This document shows positions 12,301-23,488 of a stretch of 64,000 nucleotides of DNA, one piece after another. Within the stretch, counting starts at the first letter, position 1; each line of letters begins with the position of its first letter. Under the pieces are notes generated by a model. The model was not told where the DNA came from, searched no databases, and worked only from the letters and a program-made list of their open reading frames with translations. The stretch spans positions 1,798,001-1,862,000 of the forward strand of contig NC_088308.1 of NCBI RefSeq assembly GCF_910592395.1, in the 5' to 3' direction. This DNA is from Lineus longissimus. Lineage: Eukaryota. The position numbers were made by a program, and so were the translations under genes.

Positions 12301-15300
12301 ATAAGGGTCACACAGATCAGCAACGAATTCTCAGCTCCCTCGTTCGTCAATGAGCAAGACTCAACGTAATGGAATGATTGCGGTCGCGGGATGACACTAC
12401 TACCGCAATGGAGCTGCAGAACACATGCTCTCTCTCTCTCCCTCTGTTGGCACAAGTGCCGGAGGTAACTCAGCTTGATGTGCCTGGGCAGTTTAGTGAT
12501 AGACAACGAGTGCACTTTCATTTTTCTCATGAGCAGATTTGTGAGGAAATCTCCGCCAAGAGAATGCTCTATGATTGGTGATGATGCCTTATTTCGGGCT
12601 ACTGAGAATTCGACGTTGAAAAGGAACAAGGTAAGTTGGTGTCTATTTCAACTCAGTTTAAAAGAAGTTCACGATGCACATAAATATGGACGTGGTTCTT
12701 CAAAACAAATGAGTCGCTTACATGTATTTGCCGATTTTGTGTTACTCGCGCAATATCCCTCCTCCGAATCAACGCCAACGTCAATTGTTTTGAAGAACCC
12801 AAACCTTATTTTAATGGACACGTACATGTACACTCCCAGAAAACCAGGGTGAACTAAACTCTACAGTGAGGGTCACTCCACACAAGGTCAAGGACACGAG
12901 GGTCAAGGTCGAAAGGTGAAGGTCGAGGAAGGTATACTCTGGACGGATCCACTCAGGACGGATGCTGAGGTCTAGGTCACGCTCCACACAAGGACAGTTC
13001 ACACCTAGAGAATTACTTACGAATCGGGAGGAGTTGTTGTTCCTAGTAGTCTTAGCATTACCGTATGCCTCGAGTACAGGGTTAGCCTGCACAATCTGGT
13101 CCTCAAGGGTACCCTGTGTAGGAGAATGGAGGGACAGGGCGGGGGGCAAAGGAGAGAGGGCAAAGAGAATAATATATACATTAGAACAAGCGAATTAAAA
13201 CAGTGCAAATCCAAAAACAAAATGTATTCAAAACAAGTTCTTCTTTTCAATAACGTTTAAAGGTTGTTACCAAACAAGGCTATGAAGAATCCTCTATCCA
13301 GTAAATCAAGTTTCTATCAGTCCGATTTATGTATCACTCTGTTCATATTTTCAATTATATTAGGCGATTGAGGTATCTCCGAATCGTTTTATTCAGTTGA
13401 ACTGCGAATATCGTTTCTAGCATTCAGAACGCTGTCTGTGGCAGGTAGGCTACCACAGGGTTCTCATTATTACAATATGACTCATCTACTCGTAAACCAA
13501 GGTCTGCAAGCAAGTTTGCAGTCGATTCTGGCGAAGAGTGAGAGAATACTATCTCAGCGATGACTAACCCTAAACGTGGTACATATGCGTATATCTCGAC
13601 ATACAAGATGTAGACATAAAAACTCTCATTTCACGTGAATAAGGTCAGTGACAAATGGGTACGTATTGTCCCCACACCATGGTCTTTCTGGATGAAATGT
13701 AACGGTATAACATGTACCAAACCAAGTGTTGATAACCAGTGAACCTGAGACGTAGCCAATGCAATGCATACTGGAGATATTGTAGATTCAACTGACCTTA
13801 CAAAGTGAAAAGAGAGTAAATCACACTAAATGCACGGACACCAATAAAACTCTATAGACGATGAAGGAAGGGAAATTGTTAGTTAAGGTCCAAACTCTGG
13901 AATGAAATAAGTCAGGTTTGTTAAATACCGAGGGATATCAACTATTATACATTATACCGGAGCAACTCGCTTAATAAATGTAAACTACGCTGAAATTGTT
14001 ATGACGCCCGCTTTAAAGTTGCATAAATCGTGAACTAGATACGGATGGCGATGGGCATAGTGTATGGGTTGAATTTTCCTTCATTCGAGAACGGATCCTG
14101 TGTTTGAGTGAGATGACGCACTGTGATCCTTCCACTTAAGGGAATGTTCCCTCTTCGCGGTTCGGCAGCTAGAAGTGTTCAGGATCCAGGGTGGGAATTC
14201 TTATCAGAAATGCTATTGCGCGCTTCTGTTGTTATGGTGTAAGAAAAACTGGAGCGACAAGGTAGCGATCTTGTGCTTTATTTATATCAGTATTAATTAA
14301 GACAATTAGGACATCAATACGGACTGGACAGTAACTCTTATAAAATCGTATTAAGTGGGTTAAAACGAATATTCTAGTAAGAATCTAAGGAACCAGTAGA
14401 ATCAACGTTAACGCGCGCGGCCCGGCTGGTGTAAGCTCGGCCGAGGTCGGGTAGGGTGAGGCCTGCTATGGCAGAGCGTGGAGAAGCTTGTTATCAGCAA
14501 ACTCACATACAGGTTACCTTACCTCTTGCTTAAGGATAAAACATATATAAGGATATGAATTTTCGTCGTAACTATATTCATAAGTCAGGCAGGTATATAG
14601 AGATTGTCTTTGTTCTGTTTTGGAGGTAAACATTACGTGTATAACGTTACCTTCAAATTAAATTGCGTTTTAATAAAATTATGTCAAACATATTTCCTTG
14701 TTTTCTCAACTCAGTTATGGGCTTCCTCGAGATAATATCGTTATTTTCACAGACCATGGTCATAATACATGCACATAGGTTTTTTCACTTGTTTTTTTTT
14801 GTAAGAAGAGAACGTTGATAGTATTTGACTGACAAACCATATTTTACAGATTCAGTTAAGGTTAGATAGGTAGATGTCTGAAGAGAAACACTTTTAGTTC
14901 GGAAGGTTCTACTTGTTTACAATGACAGGTGAATGTTAATTTGGAGATAAGAAAAGGGAGGTTGTTGATTTCTATTCTAAAAACGGCAAAAAAGATGGTT
15001 ATGGAGATTTTCGTCTCTTTTGATTTCATTGAGAAATATCATCGCATTATAAATGTTGATATTTGTAGGTGTTTTAGATTGTACGGTGTTAATTGTAGGT
15101 AATTTAGATTATACTACGGGTGTATTTCGAATCACAGTTTCGGTATCAGACCCCAGTTGCTCAAGCAGCGTTGGTCTTCAGCATCGACGTTAACGTAACT
15201 TGGCGTATACTAAGTTTCGTTTCGTTACTTCCATTTCGTTGACTAGCGTTAGGCCTTAACGCTAACGTTAGTGTTAACGCTGATTGGGCAAGTGGTATAA

Positions 15301-18300
15301 CATTTGAGAAACGTTCGATTTGAAGGCCATGCAATGCACTCAACACCATGCAGGTTTAAACAGGGTTCAGGATGAATTACAGGTAAAGGTATCATTTTAA
15401 AGGTTGATGAAATAAGCAAATATATTGCTGTTTTAAACTCTGATGATTGAAACATTTTATGAATATTACGAGAGGTTTAAAAACAGATTGCATGTATATC
15501 AGATTATTCAAACAGCGTTAGAGCTAATGACAGCGTTCATCCTTCACGATATGTTCAAATATGACAGATTAAACCCCGTGTTTTAGATGCTGTTTGAATG
15601 ATAGCTCTTGTCGAAGGAGTACATTCTACCAGGCCACAGTTGAACAATCGACAAAGAAGATGTTAAGTTGATCCACAGGATAGAATCATGAAAAGTCACT
15701 GAATAATTGGGAAGAACAGGACTAATTGAGAAGGGGTAGGGTGTAATCGAGAGGGGGGAGGGAGGGTCACTCATCATGCTGCAGGTCACTACACCCACTT
15801 TCTTGTCATCGGCTTTCTTCTCCTCCTGTTTCTTGCCGGTGGCCGCTGCGACCTGCGCGAAATACTGGATTACTTTCTTCGTGTTCTCGGTCTTACCGGC
15901 ACCAGACTCGCCACTAGAGGGTAGGAGATAAGAACATGTTATAACTAATGTGCTACATTTATATATCAAGCCATGGGATTGGTGTCTGTCATGCACTCAA
16001 CAAACATTGCCCTACAGAGCTTCGCAACTAAAGCGTTGCAGTAGTGTCGTATGGTGGCTTGCCTAATCACACTGCAGTATCATGGCGCCTGGCCCAATCA
16101 CACTGCAGTGTCGTATGGCGCCTGGCCCAATCACAATGCAGTGTCGTGTGGTGGTTTGCCCAATTACACTGCACGAGTCGTATGGGGATTCAAGATGAAA
16201 GACGACTTTACATGAATGTACCATTGTAAAAGAAGGTCTAGAAGGGCCAATTCAAGCTGGGCAGAAAACGTTTGTTGTGAATGCATGATAGACACCACCA
16301 AAATAAAAAATTTTGGTGAATACATTTCAATGACGTATACTGACCACAATTTGCTTCGCTGAACAGGGAGGGCGATGATCTCGCTTTATTTATCATCGGC
16401 GACAGGACAAAGAGGCTAGAAGCTACTGTGATCAGTATTAAGTCATCAGCATTAGCGCTCATCGATCTAAAGGTGTTGCCGATTTTGCTGCTGCAATGCT
16501 TACTAAAAAAACGATTTGAAGGATTGATACACTGATTCTTCACTGAAGCTTCATTTTGTACCTGTAAGCTTACTTCTAGCAAGGATGAACCAGGACTGAA
16601 TTGCTTACAAAGCACCTATAGCAAAAGCATACAGTCAAATTGTAGTTCATTGGCCCTCTTTATTGTGCCTTAGAGATAATATAATTCAAAATGCAAACTT
16701 CCCATATATTTATCACTGACATGGCAATGAGAATACGTTATGTAAAGACAGGATTCGTAAGACTTGGAATGTTTCCTTTAGAAAGCATTGCAACAACGGT
16801 ATCGGAAACACATCTAAACCAAAAGCAAGCGCTCATTTATGATGATATTCCGACACTTACTTGCGCAGCACCTTTCCCAATTGGTATTAACGGTTTACTT
16901 GGTGCGGCGATGTTTGCGAAATACTGAATAACCTTCTTTGTGTTCTCCGTTTTCCCTGCTCCAGATTCGCCACTGACGAGTAAGAGAATGGTAAAACATG
17001 ATGTGCATTCGCCACCTCAGTTCCTCAGCAAGAATTTGGGACTTCCGCTCAGGTGTCGGCCAATGTCTTCTAATTGGCTAATACCTGATCGGAAGTACCA
17101 AATTCCTGATTGAGGAAAGAGACGAATATTTTCAAGAAAATGCTGGTGTGCGGACGTACATGTACATGTTGCCGACACCATATTTCAGTATTAACTTCTC
17201 AAGGAACTGTGCATGGCCTTGTAATCACCTTGCAGTGGTACCTGTTTTATGAGTGTCGTTCATTGATAATATTACGGGGTTCATTTTTCATAAATGTTCT
17301 TCGCTAAGATCTAGATGCACGATGTAATCGTCTTGATAGTCCGTTGGTGACAGTATCACCAAGTCATCAAAACGGCCAAACATAGCTCAGCAATTCAGTT
17401 TTTATCTCAAATAAACCCTTTCTAAAGTAATCTCCTTTGCACTAATAATGAAACATTACAGCACGTTATTCTCTCTAGTGTTACAGGGGGCTATCTGATC
17501 ATTCAAAGCTAAACCTAACCTCGAAGCTACTGCTCCTTTTACCAGGATTGCATTGTTGACCAAAAAAGCTTTTTAAGGAACAACTACTCAATGCTCAATT
17601 ATTTCATTGTAATTTGGAGTGATGGGCAAAAATAGTGCATTGATGGAATTCTTGGGCCATATTGCCGCCGCAGGAGATGCAACACGTCAGCTTGGCTCTC
17701 ACAGGCAATTTAGTCCCCGATATCCAAAATAATATCTCGGGTCCAAGTTAAAGCTGTCGGGTTCATATATGATTCCCCTTCCCGATACAAAATTAAGTTC
17801 AGCCAATATCGTCGGATACATTCTTAATTGTGTTGCTTCGGATAAGGGGCGTGTCATTTTCAGTTCAGGCTGGCGTCGACTTTTCTTAAACAACTGTTTA
17901 CTTACGTAATGAGGATGGACTGGTTCTCACGCTCTGAAACAACAAGCAAAACAATTATCAGTTTTGTTCTTTCCCTTCATGGTTGCTTTTAGCATTCTAT
18001 AATTTACTACAGGTGGGCCTATCCCTGGCATTCCCTCTCAAGCCTAACATCAGCAAACGAACTGCTGTATATACCTGGCAACTATTAATAGTCGAGAAGC
18101 TGGTCGCCATATTTGGCCACCATTCCCAGGCGTAGTGGATACCCGGCATTCCTAAGCTTCCTCCACTCATCGGAAAGGTACAGGTAACGTAGATCTACCT
18201 GTACGTTAACGTAGATGTACCTGTATAGTGGTGATGAATGTAACGTACGAATACCTGTGGTAGCGAAAACCTATCGATGCCAAAGGCTTTGGTACCACGC

Positions 18301-20913
18301 CTATACTGATAGCGAGTGTACTGAGGTTGCAAAGGAAGCCTTGCGGAGACCAGCACCAGTAGACCAAGGCAGTAGACTGAATATTAATGACCTTACACCA
18401 ACATCCCTTTGGAAGTAATTCTAATAATACACTTATACATTGTTTTTCCATTTGAAAACACCTTGCCTACTCAAAGCGTGGTAAGTTGGTCCAGTGGTCC
18501 CGTTGTTAATTAAAAGAAAAATTGATAAGGTTAACTTGGCAACTCAGGTTTTCTTCTTGAAAATCGTGGTCGAATATATTGTTGAATGATCTCAGGCCTT
18601 TGGAACACGCCGGCGCAAGAAAAGCAGTAGTGGTACATCTGTAGAACCTCCCTCAGCGGACACCTCTCTACTAAGGACAACCTCTCTATTAAGGACACTA
18701 GTTTTGGTCCCAAATTGGTTGTTTCCATTCAATTTGACCTCTCTAATCAGGACACTCTATTAAGGACAGCACTTGTCAGTCCCGAGGGTGTCCTTAATAG
18801 AGAGGTTCTACTGTAATTTACTTACCCTGCAACATGTTGGAATATGCATTGTCAGAAATAGCGAAGGCGTGGGGGGGCATCTCATTCCTCCTTTTTCCTC
18901 TGTATTGCATTACGACATTCTCTGTGTAGATGGGTAGCCTCTTGTAGGGGTTGATCACAATACAGAAGAGGCCGGAGTATGTCTGAAAAGGAGATCACAT
19001 CATTTCAAATGAGGGCATCCACTTGGCGGGGTTTTGGTCTTTTTCTTCTTTCAAGAGTTTTGGTCAACGTTTACATGTGATACAATAAACCCAAAATCCA
19101 TATTTTTTATTTCCTAGTTGATGATATGCAGACTTTGTCGTTAACCAGTGCATTATTAATGGTGTGCAATATTGGTGATATTGTGAAGTGTTTATAAATG
19201 CACATGCTGTTCCTTATCTTAAGGGCACTGTTATGGCTATGCAAATGAATTAGAGGAAGTTCAATATTTGCCCCCTATGCCTCAGATCAACAAAATCTGA
19301 TATAGCTACGTGCTTGCCGATATATTGACCATTACTGAAAGTCTAATTGCGTTACCTGCTTATGTCAAATACCCACAATGGCTCACAAGTTTAAACATCA
19401 CAGTTTAGTAGAGGGATATTCATTAACGAAACTACACTGTGGCTTAAACCCAGGGTTGTGTGTGTGTACATACAGTACCGGTCAGAAGAGACATCCCTCA
19501 CCTCGGGCGACATTCGCATATGATGTATGCTAACACTCACGCAGAAGAGGTGAATGTCGCCCTGAATTTTATATAGGCAAAATTGCGCGGTTAGGGATTC
19601 GAGTATTGCTGTAGTGTCGCATCAAAGGTGATGTGACCGGCTCAGAGAGGGCTTCACAGTATACATACGTAGATCATGCCGTGGAAGTATCGGAATCGGA
19701 GACCGTGCAAGACGGTGGCGTCGCTCAAGTAGGTCAAGTTGGCCAAATCTTCGCACATCTCGAACTTAGGGGGGTTCATCTGAAGGACATCCTCCTTCTT
19801 GACCGTGACCATCTGCATCGAAAAAAACAAACGTGCCAATGATTGATATAATGAGAGAGAAATGATATACATCCTAATTTCAAAATGATAATTTACACCA
19901 ATAGCTGAAATGCGCCCTGATAACAGAACATAACTTGGGAATGAAATTGATGTTCTAAGAATATTATGGGACTTATTTATGTTCATGTTGGCCAGGACAG
20001 AGCACAGGCCCATGAAGATTCAGAGTCATTTAACACTCATCAATGAATTCTGTGATGAGTGTTGTCAGTTGGGCTGGCGTTTAATCTATTGATATATCAA
20101 AGTTCGACGTTTTATGGTCATCACGCAATTTGGAATCAACTAGTAGGAGATCTAGGCCAATCAAGTTAATTGGACTAGCTACACCTTGATTCAATTGTCG
20201 ATGATTCCATGGATTCAGTCATACCAAATATAGACGACACCATGGTTCTCAAACAAGATGGCCGAAAACAGGTACATTTAAAGATGGCCGCCGGGAAAAA
20301 AATATACCGATGTTTTACTTCCTTGACCATTTTTTCAGTGCTGCCCCGGAAATCTTTGGCCGAATAATTAAACCGCTGCCATGCTTTTAGTCTTGCGATT
20401 TGGTATCAGTGGTGTGTTGTGTACTTCGTATTACGGACGAAGTGCAAAGTACCCGTGTGAAGGTCTCTGGTGTCATGGCCTGCGCTATAACTCATTTGCG
20501 CGCCACTTTAATTCTTAGTAGTAAGAGAAATCGGGATTTCTTTTTAAATATCGTCGATATGATGCATTTGCTTATACTTCGTCTCTCGTAGCTTTTCGTG
20601 AGGCTTGCGAAACTCAGTTACACAGAATATAGTCTTGCCTACATTATATTTGACCTTTCAATTTCGGACAACTCGAAACCAAGCGAATAATAATAATAGT
20701 GTTACTTACTTGGCCCTTCTCTGTCCTGACTTGGCAGTCATCTCCCTTCGTGCTCTCCACCTCTGCCGCAACGAAGCCATCCTTTTCATCAGCGACCCAG
20801 CAGTTCTTCTTGCCATCGAATTGCTTGGTTTGGAACCCGGTTAGGGTCTTACGTTCGATTTTCAGATACGGAAAATCCGCATCATACTCGATTGGGAGAA
20901 ACCCACTCGACAT
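230..20913 (-). CDS. Mhc: Muscle myosin II heavy chain, N-terminal SH3-like and motor domain; multi-exon, 3' part lies beyond the left edge of the window
   Basis: GT-AG exons in continuous frame: 20710-20913 ([14 protein letters not shown]), 19669-19812 (QMNPPKFE), 18826-18982 (TYSGLFC..NPYK..PPH), 17906-17933 ([10 protein letters not shown]), [16861-16972 | 15799-15913] (GESGAGKT), [13021-13113 | 11808-11903] ([18 protein letters not shown]), 11092-11155 (GKFIRIHF), 10620-10718 ([16 protein letters not shown]), 10264-10367, 9862-10000, 9351-9619 ([12 protein letters not shown]), 9006-9176 ([18 protein letters not shown]), 8630-8809 ([12 protein letters not shown]), 8079-8202 ([10 protein letters not shown]), [5551-5624 | 3907-3971] (loop 2), [1797-1884 | 616-703 | 230-317] (ESLNKL..P.FIRC..PNE). 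Confidence 0.97.
616..703 (-). CDS. Mhc: Mhc alternative exon, post-loop-2 cluster variant B ([30 protein letters not shown])
   Basis: 88 nt, ttccaccag| acceptor, |gtaaga donor, phase 0 to 1. Confidence 0.93.
1797..1884 (-). CDS. Mhc: Mhc alternative exon, post-loop-2 cluster variant A ([30 protein letters not shown])
   Basis: 88 nt, cccattag| acceptor, |gtaaga donor, phase 0 to 1. Confidence 0.93.
3512..3545 (-). promoter_or_regulatory. Putative RNA docking site for mutually exclusive splicing of the post-loop-2 exon cluster
   Basis: Complementary to 739-759 (upstream of variant B) and to 373-382 plus 400-410 (upstream of variant C). Most non-Watson-Crick positions within the helices are G-U wobbles on the transcribed (minus) strand. 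Confidence 0.65.
3907..3971 (-). CDS. Mhc: Mhc alternative loop-2 exon, variant B ([22 protein letters not shown])
   Basis: 65 nt, ttttccag| acceptor, agg|gtacac donor, phase 1 to 0; basic loop-2 signature KKK.KGSS..T.S..HR. Confidence 0.9.
4024..4229. repeat. Long imperfect inverted repeat (stem-loop) just upstream of the loop-2 variant B acceptor
   Basis: Nested complementary segments: atatctgagg (4070-4079)/cctcagatat (4171-4180); gccatt/aatggc; caaa/tttg; ggacggatg/catccatcc; cccgt-gaca/tgtc-ct-acggg. Confidence 0.7.
5551..5624 (-). CDS. Mhc: Mhc alternative loop-2 exon, variant A ([25 protein letters not shown])
   Basis: 74 nt, weak gcaaag| acceptor, agg|gtaggg donor, phase 1 to 0; [15 protein letters not shown] is the canonical loop-2 C-terminus. 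Not in the ORF track. Confidence 0.85.
6220..6460. repeat. Degenerate minisatellite, ~18-bp unit ggtatttcacacggtaaa
   Basis: Many imperfect copies of (aa)ggtatttcacacggt visible directly. Confidence 0.85.
11808..11903 (-). CDS. Mhc: Mhc alternative switch-I exon, variant b ([32 protein letters not shown])
   Basis: 96 nt, cctatag| acceptor, |gtaagt donor, phase 0 to 0. Not in the ORF track. Confidence 0.93.
13021..13113 (-). CDS. Mhc: Mhc alternative switch-I exon, variant a ([31 protein letters not shown])
   Basis: 93 nt, tacacag| acceptor, |gtaagt donor, phase 0 to 0. Confidence 0.93.
15799..15913 (-). CDS. Mhc: Mhc alternative P-loop/loop-1 exon, variant b ([38 protein letters not shown])
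   Basis: 115 nt, cctctag| acceptor, |gtgggt donor, phase 2 to 0. Confidence 0.92.
16043..16176. repeat. Tandem repeat, about 4 copies of a ~33-bp unit (cagtgtcgtatggcgcctggcccaatcacactg)
   Basis: Copies visible directly; unit ends are self-complementary (cagtg...cactg). Confidence 0.85.
16861..16972 (-). CDS. Mhc: Mhc alternative P-loop/loop-1 exon, variant a ([37 protein letters not shown])
   Basis: 112 nt, ctcgtcag| acceptor, |gtaagt donor, phase 2 to 0. Not in the ORF track on this strand. Confidence 0.92.
18636..18813. mobile_element. Non-autonomous Tc1/mariner (Tigger/pogo-like) MITE
   Basis: Terminal inverted repeats gtagaacctc.../...gaggttctactg, TA on both flanks, internal ctctattaaggacac repeats. 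The left TIR is slightly decayed. Confidence 0.75.
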
Positions 20914-21396
20914 TGTCGCAGTTGGTTGTAGTTACTTTATTAAGAAGGACTCTGGACGCCGAGAACCAATGCAAAAGGAACAGCACTCCTTCCAGAGAAC
21001 AGCGCTAGATCGGCCCTAGAATGAAAATAATTTCAATGGTGATAAAGGAGCGAACACATCATAGACTACCTAACAATGGCGACAAGCGTCTCCTTGCGTT
21101 TAGATGATCCAGCATAAGAAGATATCCAGCATTGGATGAATGCGTCCCGGAATAGAACGATAAAAAAATATTTCGATGAGAAATTTGAGAAGACGAATCT
21201 TTAGATAGATTTTTAAAAAGACAAAATGGAAAGAGAATTCCGCTATGACTTTGATGCGCCAGCTAAATCCAATGTGTCGTCTGATAATGCTAAATCACAA
21301 GAAGCTGCACGGAATAGTCCTGAAAGAATCGGAGATCATTCGGTGTTAAAAGGAGAGGATTGGGAAGCACATAACACACGGATCTGCTTTACTTAC

Positions 21397-21446
21397 GATC
21401 AAAAAGCTGTTCTGACGGCCTCGTAGCTTTACATTTGGTATATATA
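21397..21446 (-). promoter_or_regulatory. Putative Mhc core promoter (TATA + Inr) and short non-coding first exon
   Basis: TATATATA at 21446-21439, Inr-like TCAGAA with A at 21413 (about 31 nt downstream), donor |gtaagt at 21396, and an acceptor cattctag| at 21016 leading into the ATG exon. Confidence 0.55.
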
Positions 21447-23488
21447 CCTTGTAGATACCTGGCTTCGATTGAGAATAGGAAGGCGATTGGTTCAAATTAG
21501 ACTGAGTTGAGGCACGTTATCCAATCAGGTAGATTGTGACTTGCTGGAAGCATTTTCGGAATGTTGTCTTCGTTTCTATTTTAGTTGTTCTGGAGTTTTG
21601 GTTGATATATATATAGTTGGATTCAATTGCATATTCATACATATGTAATACCTATAGGCTACATAACACACTTAATGCATTACTCTTTCAGTTTATTAAA
21701 GAAAAAGTACATCTTACGAAAATCGCATGAATGAGATTTCTTTTTTGAGAGGCGAAATATTAATGTAGTAAATATCATTAGTTTATAGATGGTCTCATTC
21801 ATAACTCATTCATGGTGCAGCAGAAAACATCGCATGTAATCAGGCCTCTTTGTGACTTATAGTACTCTTATGACTCATAGTTTCAAGTGTCCCATATCGC
21901 CCTCAGGATTCGGACCGGGCCGTTTAATCTCCTAATTCGATTGGCCTTTCTTGATAGGTGTCCTTTAAGCTACATATGAAGCTACTGGATCCTTTTTTAG
22001 CCGAACAGTTAGGGGGCTGCTCTATGTGCATGCACTCTTCGGGATCTACAAGATTTCAGATTGTGGTAATTCGTTGGTCAAACCATCTTTTAAAGCAATG
22101 ATACAATAAACGGACAACATAGGCTTATATAAACGGAGCTGGAGACGCATGCCAGCATTTGGGTAACCTTTTTAGTTTTGCGAAACGCGCCAAGTTGATG
22201 CAGATGGCAGCACTATCAACGGAGGTGATGTTCGTCAGTCCAGTCTTTAGGGAGACTGGTACTTGACGGCATTTCACTCGTCATGAACTAGATTTGGGTC
22301 GTTAGCTTCCGGTGTCCGGTGAGGTGTTTTTCACAAAGCTGGGTAACCTCGAGCCAGGTGAATAATCAGGAATACCAGAGCACATGGTATGGACAGCCCA
22401 TCCACTGTATGCACTGAAAAGGTATGGCTCGCCTCGGGTAAATCAACGAGGCCGGCTCCTCGACCCTCCGCTGCGCGGCGGATAAGGGTCGAGGTTACCT
22501 GGGCTATGGGTCTATAGCCCATGATCGTCGATACGACATATTACAGCGCATAACAGAATCCTGTTTTATCCCCCCGGACACTAACCTAGGACATGTTTTT
22601 CTAGCCTGGCTTGGCAAAAGTTCTGTACGCTCGGGGTGCCCAAGTTGAGGCTGGTCCCGGGGTAGAATGATTAGAGGTCGTCTTCAGGGCCTTTCAATCG
22701 TACGAATGACCTCTGCAACTACCCTGGCGCTGCCATGCAATATTGACGTCGGGCCATCGGGGGGGGGGGGGCAGTATACAGTGGTTCCATAGTTGAGGGA
22801 TGTAACTTCTGAACAGTACTGCATTTTTTATTACGTGTTTGTATCAGTTGTGACAACAAATTAGTGCCCAGCCCCCCCCCCCCCCCATCTCCCCCAGTTG
22901 TGAACTGTTTAGTCAGAGAATGGCTGGAGATGCAACGGACATAAATTTCGAATCTTACAATAAAAGAACCTAAGCTACACTGTCGCTACATGTAACGAGT
23001 AAATCATGTCTTCACGGCCGTCTGGTGTGACAGGAGGTTCAAATGGAAATGGTCAAAAACGTAAATTTACAAGACGACAACAACAATTTGTGGTTCGAAA
23101 TCTTTTGGGTTTTCTGACTTTTAAAGGCCGATCTAAATCATTTAGTCGTCGTATTCCATAACCAGTTAGCGCGATCTGTTTAACAGTTTTCAGGCGTTTT
23201 TCCCCAGGCGGACGTAGCCTCTACTGGCCATAACGAACTAACATGCACGAGCAAAAAAGACCACGTGGTCGCATACCACATGTTCTTTTGTTCCTTGTGC
23301 CTATACTATATATTCAGGTTTATTTCGTTGACATGCAACACGACTTCCTCTCCAACTGGTGTGTAAGTGAATATGGCCTATGTTGACCAAATACAAAGTT
23401 ATTACTATGAACCACTTCATCCTTTTGCATAAATTTTTTTTCTTTTTAGTTGGCTTTGTTGTTGCCTCTCCATTTGAACTGAACTGTG

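Noticed and set aside
16043..16176. Regularly spaced palindromic repeats superficially like a CRISPR array
   Set aside because: Head-to-tail units without unique spacers, no cas genes, eukaryotic intron context.
11976..16404. 9-bp complementarity tgtcgccga (11976-11984) / tcggcgaca (16396-16404) that could couple loop-1 variant a with switch-I variant b
   Set aside because: A 9-bp match between kilobase-sized introns is expected by chance and extends poorly; it would need conservation evidence.
22758..22896. Poly-G and poly-C tracts in inverted arrangement between Mhc and MEI1
   Set aside because: Possibly a small decayed inverted-repeat element, but no clear TIR or TSD could be defined.
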